Notes: a model not told the origin generated them from the letters alone. Shown: positions 1 through 13,610, counted from the first letter of the stretch. The stretch is DNA of 64,000 nucleotides from Phoronis australis (GCA_002633005.1 NMRA01000169.1:537387-601386), one strand, 5' to 3'. Program-made: numbers and translations.

Positions 1-731
1 GCATATACTTTGTATATACATTGTATATTTCTTCCTGCTTTGAAAAAAGAGCCCCCACTGTGAGCCTTCTGAGGCTTATTGTATTCAATACAGTGTGCAA
101 GTCCAAACTTGAGAGGTTCCTATGGGCAGTGGGCGTCCAAATGATACATTGGGGTCCTTGCCAGGGCCTCCATGGATGCCCAGGACATAAGCTGCATAAA
201 GGCCTGTCTGAAAAGTGTTACTAATTAGTTGATCTAAACAGCAACTTGGAACATATCGGTTTATGACCGCAAAACGGATTTTTGGAATTGCTGGGCAAAA
301 TACATCTAGACTTCTTGAAGTTATTAGCTCTGACTAGAGCTTTAAAAGAACAAAATTTGCTGTGTTTTTGTGATTTTGTAGCAAATCGACAATTCTCTCG
401 GTTTTCTGCCAGACATTCCTCGAAATCAACGCCAGTGTATTTATCATTTGAATATATGCTTACTGTAAAATACTCTTGGGGTTTAGTGGCAATAGTGTTT
501 GGTTGCTACTACAGAACACTAGGTTAAATTCTGTGAGAATGTCCATTCAAGGGTTGATAAGTGTAGACTCATGAATAAGTTGGAACAAAATCTGACCATT
601 GGTTGGGCCTTGCATGCCTCAAAGAGTATAAGGTTTTGTCAAACTTGCGGCAAACTTAAGCAATGTCTTCACACATTCCGCTGTCTCCCATTCAATGCAT
701 GGAAATTAATGGGAAAGCTTAACTCACACAC

Positions 732-1094
732 TCAGTCATCGCAACTCCTCAAAATAGATGGATTAAAGTGTGGAGTTGCGCAACCCCGCTGCAGTGGGAA
801 CTGTTGATTCCAGCTGGAGTAATTGCCTGAGGCCGCGACGTCAGTCGTACAAGACTCGATGAGACTGTCGTCATTCCCGTTGCTCACGTGCTCTCGATAG
901 TTGCGCATAAGGAAATAAACTTTGTTAAAGACGTGACTAGACTTTTTGTTAGTGAGCTTGATACTGGTACATTCGTAATTTCGAAACAGTCTCCTTTCTT
1001 CTGGTGTGCAGGTATGAAGTAACAAAACAAGAGACATAACAAATAAACAAAAACAGTAGCTATATGCCGTGACTTCATGTCACATCATCAGGCA
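732..1094 (-). mobile_element. Probable Penelope-like retroelement (PLE) 5'/pLTR remnant: degenerate hammerhead motif followed by an ORF start
   Basis: Minus strand 1094-1065 reads TGC-CTGATGA-T-GTGAC-ATGAA-GTCAC-G-GCA (hammerhead core box, perfect 5-bp stem II, short stem I; the GAAA...NUH half is missing). The ATG at 1037 opens MSLVLLLHTCTPEERRLFRNYECTSIKLTNKKSSHVFNKV, which resembles from memory the N-terminus of PLE ORFs. Not verified by search. Confidence 0.5.
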
Positions 1095-2634
1095 ATGAGT
1101 GGAATGAACGTATACAGAGCTAAATAAACAGTGAAATACACGTGACAGCATACAAGTAGAGAGTGTGAATGCAATACACGGTAATCTAGTCGTGTCTTCA
1201 ACGAGTTTGTGTAAATGAAGGGCCACTACCGGACTATACTGATAAAGAAATTACAGAACAACAGTCTGATTGAGAATAACTCTGATCTGTCTGGCACTGT
1301 TCATCTTAAATAGTGGTCTTATTAATCGGGAATTCATTAGTTTGAGAGTACGATTCATGTACTCCATCTGGTGATTAATCCAGAGAACTAACGGAAAGTC
1401 CGATGTCGCCAGGCAATGGGAAATTTGAGTGGAGTTGTGCGGGTTGCAATAGACCAGAGTTCCTCCTAAGTTACCTGGTGCTATTATGATCGGACTATTT
1501 ACGTGGATTTATTTACAAAGTTGATAACTATAAAAACAAGTGTAGTAAAAATGCATTATATAGATATCATTCCTTGACTGGAATTCGTTAATGGTCTTGA
1601 TGAAAATGTCTAAAGATAATGCCTTCATTTCGACGAGTTTGCACCTGGATTTCTGTAGCCAAGCTTAATATGTGGAATTAATTGTAATTTTTCCATTGAT
1701 AGCAAAGCACTTTGACTGTCGCACTGAAATTAATTATCCTTCATTATTCAAAATTGAGCCAATTTGACAAAGGGTATTACTATTCACTATCTGTGCATGA
1801 TTTGTCTATCAGTACGTCTGTCGATCAATTCTCAATCGTCTGCAATTGTTTTGTTGTTAGCTAAAAAATAGTGCTTAAATGCTCGAAACATTTGCTTTAT
1901 TTTCACCAAGTGTGTAATACAGAGATTCATCTGTCAAGGGTCATCCTTAAAATAGGAACATATTTTGTAAATTACAGTCCTCCGTTTATTTACGTTTTCA
2001 CTAACACATCATAAAAATGAGGTTCAATTCCATTCAACTGTAGTGGCCATTTTGTTGGTATACCACCATAAATTTAAAAATTATGTTGAAAATTACGCGT
2101 TTCGTTCTATTTATTTTGGAAACGTGTGATCTCTTTTTGTTGGAAGAGCATCATTTGGGAATTATTGGCCTGCGATTATGAAATTTTTCATTGAAAAGAA
2201 TATATTTAATGCTTAGCCAGAGATGGTATTAGATTTTTGTAAGTTATTTTGTAAGACTGTACATGTGTGACTATGCTGAATATTTATCATTTCAATTGAT
2301 AAGTCATCTTTTTTCTGATAGCTTTCGTAAAAACCGAGTACTAATCTATAAAAGCGCCATCTTTTTATGAACCACACAGGTGTTAGACAAAACGACAAAT
2401 TCTATCACCTTTTGTGATTATAGATAATCACTATAATTGGAACAATATTTATAAGAACAAAAATGGTCTGTTACTACGATTTATGATTACCGTTTTGTAG
2501 TGAAATATTTTTGGGAACCCGTGCACTTAACTGCCCTTGATGATGTTCTCCCTGTGCCTGTATATGTTTTCATAACTCCAATGATAGTATGTAATGAAGA
2601 ATCTATGATGGGATATTAAGATTATGTTGGACCC

Positions 2635-2930
2635 GTGAAAAATGCCTGAATTTGGTTAAATTTGGATCACGTCTCTGAAATGACTGATCGGATTCGGACA
2701 CTCTCGGGTACTATGATGTATGCACTGCTCTCCAAAACCGTTTTAGGAATTGTTTTTAATTTGCTCCATTTTTGCAAGAGGGGTTAACAAAAGTTAGGTC
2801 TTGTGTGATTTTTATGAAGAAGAAATAAAAATTTGTATAAAGTTAAACACAATGGTTTAGGAAACTGAGATTGATTTCATTTTGAACACTTGCATCAAAT
2901 ATTTTGCTATCAATGTTCTTTTTTTCCTTC
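2635..2930. repeat. Dispersed interspersed repeat, diverged copy (related to 12170-12500)
   Basis: Colinear similarity: tttggttaaatttggatcac...gaaatgactgatcggattc...tgcactgctctccaaaac...ccatttttgcaagagg versus tttggttatttttggagca...gaaatggctgatcagattc...tgcagtgttctccaacac...ccacttttgcatgagg. Boundaries approximate. Confidence 0.6.
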
Positions 2931-3628
2931 ATTTGATTAAAAATTTTGTCATGTGACACATTTAATGGCTGATTGATGTCAAGTTGAAAATCAAATTCTT
3001 CAAATTTTCTTCTCTCTGGAAATATATAGTTTTGCCAAGTTAAAATCTATAGTTTTGTATACATTTGACTAAGTGCACAGACTGGTCGATAAGGTCTTGC
3101 ATAACCCTTAATAAGCTTTTAAAGTTGCACTTAATCTGTTTCCTCTTCTGCATGCAATGCTACTATGCTTCCTTCTGGCTCTTTGGCAAAAGTAAAGATA
3201 CAGTAATCAATTTCACTATGTGTTTTACTTGTTTATTATTTAAGTAGGTGACCAGCCGGTTATCTCAAGGGGTACTGTCAGCATCGATAACCTATGTGAA
3301 AGGTTGTCGTCAAATGATCCTTGATGGAAAGTTTTTTGATCTGCTTAAAAATTGCTCAGATACTGTCCAGCACTCCGTGCATACACAATACATGTTCTGT
3401 TGGCTACCAGTTATCCATACAGTTGAAAATGGATGAGATATAACGCTGTGTAAAATGCTCATTGTTTGGGGCAGATATTGTGGTACTTTGACCAGTGCAT
3501 TGGAGTCGTTTTTTGATCTTGAGAAGATATTTATATATACCGTTATATATTGGAGTATAGATAGGAAGGGTGCTATTTCCTACTGTTGATTGCCATCTTA
3601 ATATGTACGCGTTGTCCGACTGACCACC

Positions 3629-4502
3629 ATGACTATGGATATTCCGTGTAGTGATACCGAGTCGAGTAGCGAGACAGAGGTTGCTGGTGGTGATGATGGA
3701 CAATCGCTAGCCAAGGTCCTGTTCTCCAGGAACAATCTTACGAGGATTGGCAGTCTCAATGTGTGTGGTTTTAAAGCAAAAGCGGTGGACATGGGGTTAC
3801 GACCCCGCGTGAGGCGTAAATTAAAAAGTTACAGTCTTAAGCGCAGTAACAGCACTAGTAGTAATAGCAGCACTGGGTCTATCGACAGCATTCGAGGGTT
3901 TGGTTGCCGTTTAGATATGGGATCACAGAAACCGGCCCTGGCATTGAGTGGTAGTTTTGATTTTCCGAACTGCGTCATCGAAAAAAGTGAATGGCGAACA
4001 CGAAAGATTAGTCTGCCAGTGATGCGATCTGATTTGGTGTCGTCATCGCCGGACGGAACATTTGTTCGCAAGCGAAAGATCAGCACTCCATTTTCGGTGC
4101 TACGCTCTCAGAGTCTTGACATGAATTATGGTGAAAAATTGTCGAATCCTGTCAAAGGCCTGTCGGTACGAAAAATATCGCGGGGACAAAATTTTGACTT
4201 CAAACTTTGTGGAAAATCTTCGAATTCCACAACCAAAGGATCAATACCTTTTCGTAAGATATCACTGGGTTTGAATTTTGATTCAAAATCAAGCGCGAAG
4301 TCCATCCAGTCAGTGATTGTGAAACCTTTTCGCAAGATATCCCAAGCCATGAGGGAGCGCCAGAACAGTGCCTCCACGTTTAGTGATGTTAGTGAAAATG
4401 AAGAAAATGCAGATGACCTTGTTCAATGTAAGACGAAGGTTTATAGCTTCACTGGGCGTAGGATGTCTCTCCCAACTATAATTCGTACTTCGAAGAGGGA
4501 AG
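3629..4502 (+). CDS. Long first coding exon (291 aa + 1 nt), Ser/Arg/Lys-rich; probable alternative N-terminal exon of the Ras-GAP gene
   Basis: By far the longest ORF (3629-4519). ATG in an ACCACC-ATG Kozak context with an in-frame TAA at 3599-3601. Donor AAG|GTAAAT at 4502/4503 leaves phase 1 (G), which joins the AG at the start of exon 38899 to give GAG (Glu) in frame. Repeated RKIS/RRxS motifs. Confidence 0.7.
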
Positions 4503-5700
4503 GTAAATTCAAGTTTTAGACATCTGCTTTTGGAAGAGGCATTATTGAGCAACTATGTCTGTATCAAGATTGGTAAAGATTTTTTTAAAATTGATGAAAT
4601 TTTCTGTGACCTGTAAGTTCACAAGTGCAGCTATTTTGCAAACTCTACTGATAGCTTTCTGAGTGGGAACTTAGTCAGGAAAATACATGCAGCAAGTTTG
4701 GAAATATGTAGAAATATATCTTTTTCAGCAAGGCGTGGAAATATGTTGCGAACAATTTGTCCCGTCAGTTGCTGTGGGCCCTGGTTGCCGAGATATTGCT
4801 CCCGCAACAGGTTATCTCGAAAAATTTCAGTTATCCAGTTGGGGTTCGTATCTCGATGTAGGAAATTTGCTCAAGTCAGTACTAGACTATATCAAGAGGT
4901 TGGCTTGCTATTTTTATGACTATAGCAGCATAAAAAGGCCATACTTGTCAATTAACGATCTAATCTGGCCAGGATCTCCAGGCCGATAACAAATTCTTCC
5001 ACAACTATCTCGCATAATGTTTTATTTACTGCCGCTAATGTAGCGAAAGGCTGAGTGTTTTCAAGTGAGGAATTCGTGAAAGAGGATTCAGACATAAAGC
5101 TGTGCTTGATAATGTCATGTCATGTTGTGAAATAAATTGGAAAGCATAATCAGTATGTGCTATGGATAGGACGATGCGGTGTCTAAGGAAATGAGGGGAG
5201 GGAATTTAAATGTGAGGGGTGTCGGTAAAAATCTTAATAACTTCGGACAAGAATTATTTTGTAAAGTACGCTCGTTTTATATTTCAAGGCATCCTAACAT
5301 TGTTGTCAATTCCCACATTTTTCGAGCTCGGTGAACCTTTCATTTGGTTGGTTTTATGAAAATTAGAAAATAAAATTTTACTTGGCTGCCCTATTGCGTC
5401 CCAAATTGGTGAGATAATACGGTAAGCAAGACTATTGATGGCTGAGACACGGCATGGTGTGCAGTATTGTGAAATTGTCCCTGCATAACTTGTGATTCTT
5501 ATATTGCTTTGTTTAATGCCCTGCAGTTTTTGGATTTGTACATATATGTGTTGTATGTTTTGGGTTCTGCAGTAAATATATATCAATTTGAAAAAATATT
5601 GTTTGGAAATGGAATCGGTCTTGAAATGTTGTGACTAATTTCGAACAAAAATTGCCAAAATTTTCCCGTTTTTTCATTTTTAAGGTTTCAGAATGTTGAC

Positions 5701-5780
5701 TGATGGTAGCTGCATGGTACAGATGGTAACTACATGGTATTGATAGTAGCTACATGGTACAGATGGTAGCTACATGGCAC
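5701..5780. repeat. Minisatellite, 20-bp unit x4
   Basis: (t/a)gatggtagctacatggtac repeated four times with a few substitutions. Confidence 0.9.
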
Positions 5781-6714
5781 ATAACTTCAATGGGATGAAG
5801 CATTCATTTGGTGCTAGACATCTTTTTATAAAAAATATGAAAAGACATTTTCACTCATCTAGCATATTATTTCATGTATTGATGAAGTTTTACGTTACAT
5901 AATTTTCCATAATCTTTATTTAACATGCAGTGTAGAATCATTCATGCCCAACTGTTTTATGGTACTACACATTAAACATCTTTAGCAGAATTCCATTGAA
6001 AAATTAAGACTCACCTAACAGTCTGAGAATTCACCAGTGCAGTACTAAGTCTGTCATTGTCGGTCTTCATTTCATGATCTCTCAGATTTGATATGAGAGG
6101 CTTAGATGTTTTCACTTGGTTCAAGTGTCTTGGATTTTGATGGCTTAGAGTGTTCTAATGATCAGACAGTGTCGGCCTGTCCAGCTGTAGTCTGCATTAG
6201 TCTGGCGGATACATCCGAGTAGAGGTGATTAAGATCACTTTTCCTTGGTTTTGTGCGTGTGATTTGGGAAGGAGAAAAGTTAGCGAAGTGCTATCTCGAA
6301 GCAATTTCAGTATCAAGGTGTGTATATGTATGTGTGTGAAGTACAATGTACTGTCACTGAGGAGTAGGTGAATTGTTCAAGTTTTGAACCTTGTAAAGGA
6401 GTAGGTCTTGTTGTCACAAATGTGAGAAAGATTTGTTTTGCTCTGAGAATGAACTGTCTCGTTTATGACCCTTTTCCACTAAGTGGAGGCTTTGGTGTTA
6501 GGGGAGCATCAGTTGGTGGACACACTTAAATTCATCCTTTGATTGGAAGTTAAAAGCAAAAGTTTTCTTTCCAGAAAACATGCTGATTGAACACTGAAGC
6601 TTACTTTGCAGAAATTGAACAAGATCTAATGGCCAAGTGTCAACGCATTGCTGCTGTAGGACTATTTTACTTTTGTTTTATCCAACTTATCTAGAGATGT
6701 CGTTAACATTAACA

Positions 6715-7372
6715 TTAAGGCACCTCTAGTACTGGATATAACTCGATGAGAAAGGGTCTGAAGGATATCTTAAACCTTATTAAGTGGCCTCCATTCTAAC
6801 TTGTATATCAAAAAACTAAGCTTTATCAACTAGTAAAAGTATATATTTTCTGAAAGAAAAAGATCGGGGAATATAAAATTTGTTTTGTATTTCTGCACCT
6901 TTTTAAGTTAGAATTTCGTTTTTAAGAAAGGCACATTCACAGCAAAATAACCCCTTGGTCGATTTTAATGAAACCTTTTTAAATGAAAACTTCACCAGTT
7001 ACTTCAAAAACAGTGGTAGGAATTTTCGATTAGTCTTTTCGTTTGGTTTCTATGCAAACAACTCGCAAAACGTAAGGTATTTTTGTAAAAACAGAAGTCA
7101 TATTCATCTTTGTTACATTTATGCAAAAACTAGGCTTTTATATCAAAAAATCCTAACAGAGTTTTTGACATTGATGAACAAATATTAAGATTGGAAGTTT
7201 CAGTGAAATCCATACAGCCGTTTTCGAGAACTCTTTTTCCTAAGTTCAAATTAAATCGATTTGCGAAAGCTGAGAAAAAGTCTAGTTTACTGGGACAAGT
7301 GAAAATCTCAGTCTTCGGTTAATTATTCAATGAAAACTTGTTTTCGGTCAATATAACCTATACATGCCTTAA
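6715..7372. mobile_element. Non-autonomous DNA transposon with TTAA flanks (Kolobok-like)
   Basis: TTAA-GGCA at 6715-6722 and TGCC-TTAA at 7365-7372; the interior is homologous to 34540-34900. TTAA target duplication with purine-purine termini is described for Kolobok elements. TIRs are short and diverged. Confidence 0.5.
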
Positions 7373-10300
7373 CCATGTTAGCTATTTCAGCATTCACTCG
7401 CAATGTCAAATGAATTTGCAATGCGTAAGTACTTTTAATTATCACTAAAACGATCATTCTTTTTACTCCCCCCAGATGGAATCAACTGTTGACATACTTA
7501 AAAGTAGGTCAACAGTTCATTGTTGTACACAATACGTGCTGTGTCAGATTGATATGAAACCAAGTTGGAAATGGATAACAGAAATCGAGTCGGTGGTTAA
7601 AACATGTTGTTAGCATGAGATCGAAACAGTGAAATGTAAAATTACTTATCCAATTAAGGAATTTGGGTGATAATTTATCTCTTCATAACTTGCTGTGTTC
7701 GTGACCAAAGAGGCGTGAGGTGACTCGGAGCACTCTCAGCTGTCGTATGCATGTAGACGCATAGCTCCCTCAGGATCAAAACTAAGTTTTGTCTTTGTTT
7801 TCCCTGGCAGCCATTCTATCGAGAAGGAAGATAAGGTCTTTTGCTAGACATACCGTTATGTGAAATATTGTAAAAATGGCCAATTTTTGTGGATAAGGTT
7901 TGAGATATCCCTAAGTCTGAGGTCAAATGTTGAGAAAACATTTGATGATTCCTACAGTTCATGACAGAAGTAATCGGATGGAATTTTAGTTCTCCATCAT
8001 GACGACTAATTTTGTTAGTGGCAAAAGTGAGTGGTAGTAACTGATATCGAGGCAAAATTTTAAGTGATATACTATTTTGCCAACACTTTTGGTATGTACT
8101 GTAATTTACGAATTCAGTGAAAAAGCAGATGTCAGCTTATGTAAAAACAGTTCCTGGACTGAAGATAGGAAAAATACACCGTGGTTCACCGCTTATAGAC
8201 CATGTGCGGCGTAGCACTCAAAAAAGTGGGGAGGCAGCCCCCTATGGTGTGCCGCCCCTGAAAAATCATTGTTATTGTAAAATTCATCCAATTTGAAAAT
8301 ATTTTGCAATAGGTGTGTAGCACCAAATGTATGTTTTAAGTTAAGCTCTTTACTGTTTGAGAATTCACCTTAACATTGAATCCTTTGAAAACATTTGAAT
8401 CCTTTGAAAAATGAAGCACAGGGTTTTGTAATCTTTTGTCCAAAATTGTTGAGATTTTGTTGTAGTTTAGTAAGATCGATATGGAATTAGTTTTCTCTTG
8501 TGAATATTTTTTTGTGCAGGTCTTAGTGTGAATGTTTTCATTTTTCGTGTCTCGTTACAAATCGAACAAATTTTCAAAAGTTTGAATTCTTCCGCATTGA
8601 GTATGCTGAAGACAAGATTGCCATAGTTCTTTTTACATCTATCAGTCATATGGGCATTTTTTTCAAATGATTTATTCACCTTTGTCATTATTCTAACATT
8701 GAATTATCTAGTATTAAAATCTGTAAAAGGAAGCAATAATTTGTACAAGTACGGATGTATAAATTAGAGGAATCACCACTTTATTGAATGTAATTGAATC
8801 GATAGTTGACAAGCCCAGCAACTTGCTTTCAATTTCCAATCAGCATATCTTCCTTGGCTGATTTCAGTGAACTTCTGTTTGGAAACGAAATCAGCCAATC
8901 AGATCTCACCATTTCTTGGCATCAGGTGAAACAGATGCCAGGCAGACGACCATGGGCTACAGTGACACCTTGCAGCCTGCTGAGACATCAATGATCATTG
9001 TTATATTGAGTTCCCATGGCCATGTTACACAAAACAATAATTTTAGACTCCACAGTCTGGCATTGTTTAGGGCACTCATCTGGTGTCTTTGATACAATAA
9101 ATGCCATATGCCTTTGTGCCTGGGTTTATCCTAGTAGTTGGTTTGTTAGGACAATTATGTTTGATAGCTATCATTGAAGTCTGTTCAGTTCATTGCAGTG
9201 TGAGGGATTCTTCTGGAAACTGGATTTCAGCTTATTTCGTGAGAGAATGGATATTTGGAGATTTTAGGCCTTGATGATACTACTGTTGACGGTAACCTTA
9301 TGTTTGCATTTAACAAGTTATGTTGTAGGTATAATTTGTTGGTGGCATGATACTGATTTGTGCTAATTGTTCGTAGAACACAACAAAAATATGCACACAA
9401 AATGACTCCAGAAGCTGAGTTCACTGTCAGAGTAGTGTCCCCTGATGACCGATAACGAAGGCAAATTAACAGGATTGTTAAATGTATAAACCATTCTGTA
9501 ATTAGAATTTTGCTGTTGTAAAAGTCATCACATTTTATTTTTGGTGTTGACATAATTAGCTGTCATTCTGTGAAAGCAGTAGTTTGTCTGATTACTTTCG
9601 TCCTGTACCGCAAGTGTCAGTCCTTTTGAGAAAATTATATGAAATGATCATCGCATATCAGTCAGGTGTTCAATAAATTCTGCCTGCAAGGGAATGCTCT
9701 GCCAAACTGTGCTGTTGATTGTCTAACTAGGTTTTGGTTTTTCATTGTTTTACAAGGTACGTCTAAGCTCAGATAACTGTAGTTGGCAACTATTTTTTCA
9801 AACCCAAAAATGATGATGCTGTTCTGCAAAGCACTAGTCAAGATTAGTGATTAGTGCTAAGACTCTAAGTAATTCCATCTTGGAATTATAAGAAAAAATG
9901 ACTGTCCGTCTGGACAGGCTTACGAAATTTTGACCTAACATTTTTTGTGTACTTTCCGAGCCTGATACTGAATACATTCATGAATGGTTGTTTCATTTGT
10001 TTTACCTGAGTTGTGTGAAATCGCCAAAATTATCCACTGGACTAGGGACCTCAAAGATGTTCCACACAAGTGCCACTGTATCCACCTTATCTTACTTATG
10101 AAACACGTCTGCTTTGAGGATTCACGTCTGCTCGAAGGGGAAACGTTCATTCTTTTCTAGTCCACAGGTTATGTATCCAGTTTTGATCCCCACTGTCACT
10201 TATCTACGCACTGGAGCCAGTGGTTGTACGTCTGCTGGGAACATGTTGTTGCTCCGATAACGCTGACTGGGCGTCTTCTGCGCTATTGTTAGTCTGGTCT

Positions 10301-11035
10301 GCAGGATTCTACCCTGGTGCCTCCTGGTGGCTGATAAACCTGTCTAGCCAAGAATATAGAGTGAAGTTGCATGCTGTGAAATCTGTTGTTGATGGAGCTT
10401 GATGTCGCCATCTGGCTGAAGGTTGAGCCAGTGGTTGTTTTGGCTTTTGTATAAATCAGTTTTTCCTGATAGCATGTGGTATTGGTTAAATTTGAGTGGT
10501 CTTCGAAGACCACATGACTTCTGATCAGTTGTTGTTGAATCTCATTACCAACAATAATTTGCTACCGAAAATATATTGGACAGGTTTGGGGTGGCAAGAG
10601 GGTACCGAAAAGAAAAATCGCCGTATTTAGGTTTTACATGGAAGTTTATTGTCCAAAAGTTGTGGTTAAACCCCCTCTTACAATAGGAAACAATCACCTT
10701 TTTGCTCCTTTGACTTTACATGTGCCCCCAACTAAATGCCTGCATAGACAGCAACAAAACCTCTTTAACCTCCCTCATGCCTGTTATCATCAGCTGCTTG
10801 CCAAAGTCACCATGTGGTCTGCCAGATAATGCCTGTCTGTCCTTTGGCATTGTCCATCATGGCCTTACTCTCAAGTAGAGTTTTCCTATTGGATAATTGT
10901 TCTCAAGACAAGAAGCGTGCATTGTTCATTTGCACCAGTTCATGTTTGTTGGCGTTTCTCCACTGTTGGTTGGTAAATTTCAATTCATCGTTTTGTGCAT
11001 CAAGTGTTGGCTCTGTGATACCGCATTGCAAATTC

Positions 11036-11078
11036 TTTGTTTTGTTTTGTTTTGTTTTGTTTTGTTTTGTTTTGTTTT
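11036..11078. repeat. (TTTTG)n microsatellite, about 8 units
   Basis: Direct reading. Confidence 0.95.
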
Positions 11079-12169
11079 AATTGATAATGTTGAATAGTAT
11101 AGTTCACTGTCGTGTAATCCACATAGCTTATTCTGCATTGAAATGTCCTGGCAGAATTGTTTATGGGAAGACAGACTATGTGTTGTGCAACAATGTTGCC
11201 AAATTGAACCTCTCGTTGGTATTGCTTCATTGCTTTATGTGGTCTGCAGGTGGTAGAATATTAGAATGTTCCAAAGTGATGCTGAATACAATTCTCTCAT
11301 TCTCCAGAAGATGCTACATGGTCTGCCTAAGTTGTGCATCATCAAGTGAGATAGAACTCAACTGATTTCACATTTTCTTTGCGCCATGTGTTCTGTAGAG
11401 GATTTCTCTGTCAATTGGCAAATATTTGAAATAACATTGAAGCTAATGATCCCAGTGGTCACTGAAGCATGAAGGTCTACTCCTATGGAGGGATAAAGTA
11501 CTATTAAAGTCGAGACTGTAGTCGACTCAACCCAATACTTACTACAGTCAATAGAAGGTAAGACTGTCTTCTTAATGTACCTGTCACACCGACATAGCTC
11601 TTAGTACGATCTCAAAACAGGATAAAAAATGAGTGAGGACCTCGAAGTGTTATACAACCCATCAGTACCAAGTGGGGGGGTGGTACGGCATTAGAGGCAT
11701 GTTTTGGACCAAAAATGATCGTTTCCTCTCGTGCCCAGATCGTTTCATCAATATGTTAAGATGGACACGGACGATCTGAGATCAAATTTAGTGCAACAGG
11801 GCTATTAGCTTGAGCTTCTGTCGTCTTTTCTGTGTGCTATGTTTCAAAAATGTTTTAAAAGTGAAGTTAGGTGTTTTGGAGAGAGATTTTTTGTTGTTTT
11901 AAAGCTGATGTTTTAGTTCAGGCTGTCGGTTGATTTGCTTGTTATGACATTTATTAATCATTTCTTTATTATGTAATGAATTAATGCTGTTAGTTGGTAC
12001 TCTAAATCTGTATTCTAAATCCTCACTGTAGGATTCATAATCACTGAAAAGTATCCAGTAAAACTTCTTAATCGACACTTTTGATATCAATATGGCGACA
12101 AAGTGGTACTTCTTCCCATTTGTTTTTACTTGGTTACCAGGCAACATATCAGCTTATGGTTTGTAGAAA

Positions 12170-12500
12170 ACTTGAAAAAAATCCAGATTTGGTTATTTTT
12201 GGAGCATTGTATCTCAGAAATGGCTGATCAGATTCATATGAAACTTTTAGATTCCATTCTTTGTGCAGTGTTCTCCAACACGTTGTTTAGTATTGGTTTA
12301 GACCTTTCCACTTTTGCATGAGGAATCGACTGAAAAATAGGACTTTCATGATTTTATGAAGACATTCAAAATTTGCATAAAACAAAAACAAGATGATAAT
12401 TTGGAAAACTGTAACAGGCTTTTGAGATTTCATCTTGGATATTTGTATAGAACTTACAAAGATAAAGCATTTGTTTCATGCTACTTTAAGAAAATTGAAA
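12170..12500. repeat. Dispersed interspersed repeat, diverged copy (related to 2635-2930)
   Basis: Same colinear blocks as at 2635-2930; boundaries approximate. Confidence 0.6.
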
Positions 12501-13462
12501 TTTTTTACTTAGCTTCATATTATGTACTAAATGGCTGAGAGTTTACTATAGTAAGCCTTGAAAAGTTGGAAAGCGATAGTTTTAGCAGCGATCTATGTCC
12601 CAAATTGAAAAATTATATTTACCGTTGTCATTCAAACCTATTAGTCTGCCTCTATGTGAAACCTTAAGATACCTGTGTAAATTGACCAAGAATTTGAGGA
12701 AGGCGCCTTGGCTATTATGTGAAGTGGAACCAGGTGTTATTTTCAAAACACGTCCATCGACATTTCAGTAGCACACTCCTGAAATGTGTGATCTAGTCTA
12801 TGTCCATGCACCTATGGTGAAGGCGATGTGGGTGGAGAATGGGCCTACTTTTGTATGGCAAGTTACGACCAGTTTGTGTGAAAGATGAGGCATAGCTATG
12901 CGGTGCAAGAACGTTACCATGGGTAGGCTCATCCTCAAATCAAGTTGTGAAAACACATCGTGCATGACTGCTCGCTGACCCCTATGCACGATAGATTTGG
13001 GTAGAATCTTGACAAAATCGTTCATTTTTGTGAAAGTTATGAAAAAGTGCAAATGAAATGTGGGAAAATGTAGGAAAAGGTTCCAAAAATGTTCAGAAAA
13101 TTAAATTAAAATTGTGTTCTGATAGTTGGCTAATATACTGTAGATTTTTCTTAGCTTCTTTGAAATCTGCTGTGGCCTTAAGTAATCATTCCCCTGGAAG
13201 GCCCTGCAAGTCCTGTTCAAAAGACGCCAGTTTTCTTCTGTTTAATTCTTGCTGTTCAAGTTGCCCATGTGCCCAGAAAAGTTGCCCATGTGACTATGTT
13301 TCATCTCTCTTATGTTCAAAAAAGTAACTTCAAATGCAGTCAATTACTTCCTGACAGTAGTACATGCCAAAAATAACCAGACAAGATGACACGGAATTCT
13401 ACGTAGTGACAGCTGAGTACAAGAGGAATTCCCCGCCGCATTCATCATTCTAGAATGACCTG

Positions 13463-13610
13463 CAGTAGCAGGGGTGGGGGGGGGGTTGTTTGATGACTAG
13501 GCTTGTACCATATTCCCTATTGGCAAATAAATTCACTTTAGTAGCAGGGGGTAGGTTGTTATATGACTTGGCTTGTAGGGTATTCCCTATTGGCAAATAC
13601 CTGCACTTCA
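13463..13610. repeat. Local tandem duplication, about 75 bp x2
   Basis: agtagcagggg...ggttgtt...atgact(a/t)ggcttgta...tattccctattggcaaata...cactt occurs twice in succession. Confidence 0.8.

Noticed and set aside
520-700. Minus-strand peptide LIHESTLINP resembling a GIY-YIG endonuclease C-terminus next to the Penelope-like fragment
   Set aside because: Only about 10 residues, interrupted by stops; cannot be distinguished from chance without a search.
10130-11400. Possible highly decayed LTR-retrotransposon gag-like sequence on the minus strand
   Set aside because: Only vague motif echoes among many stops; no recognisable protease, RT or LTR.
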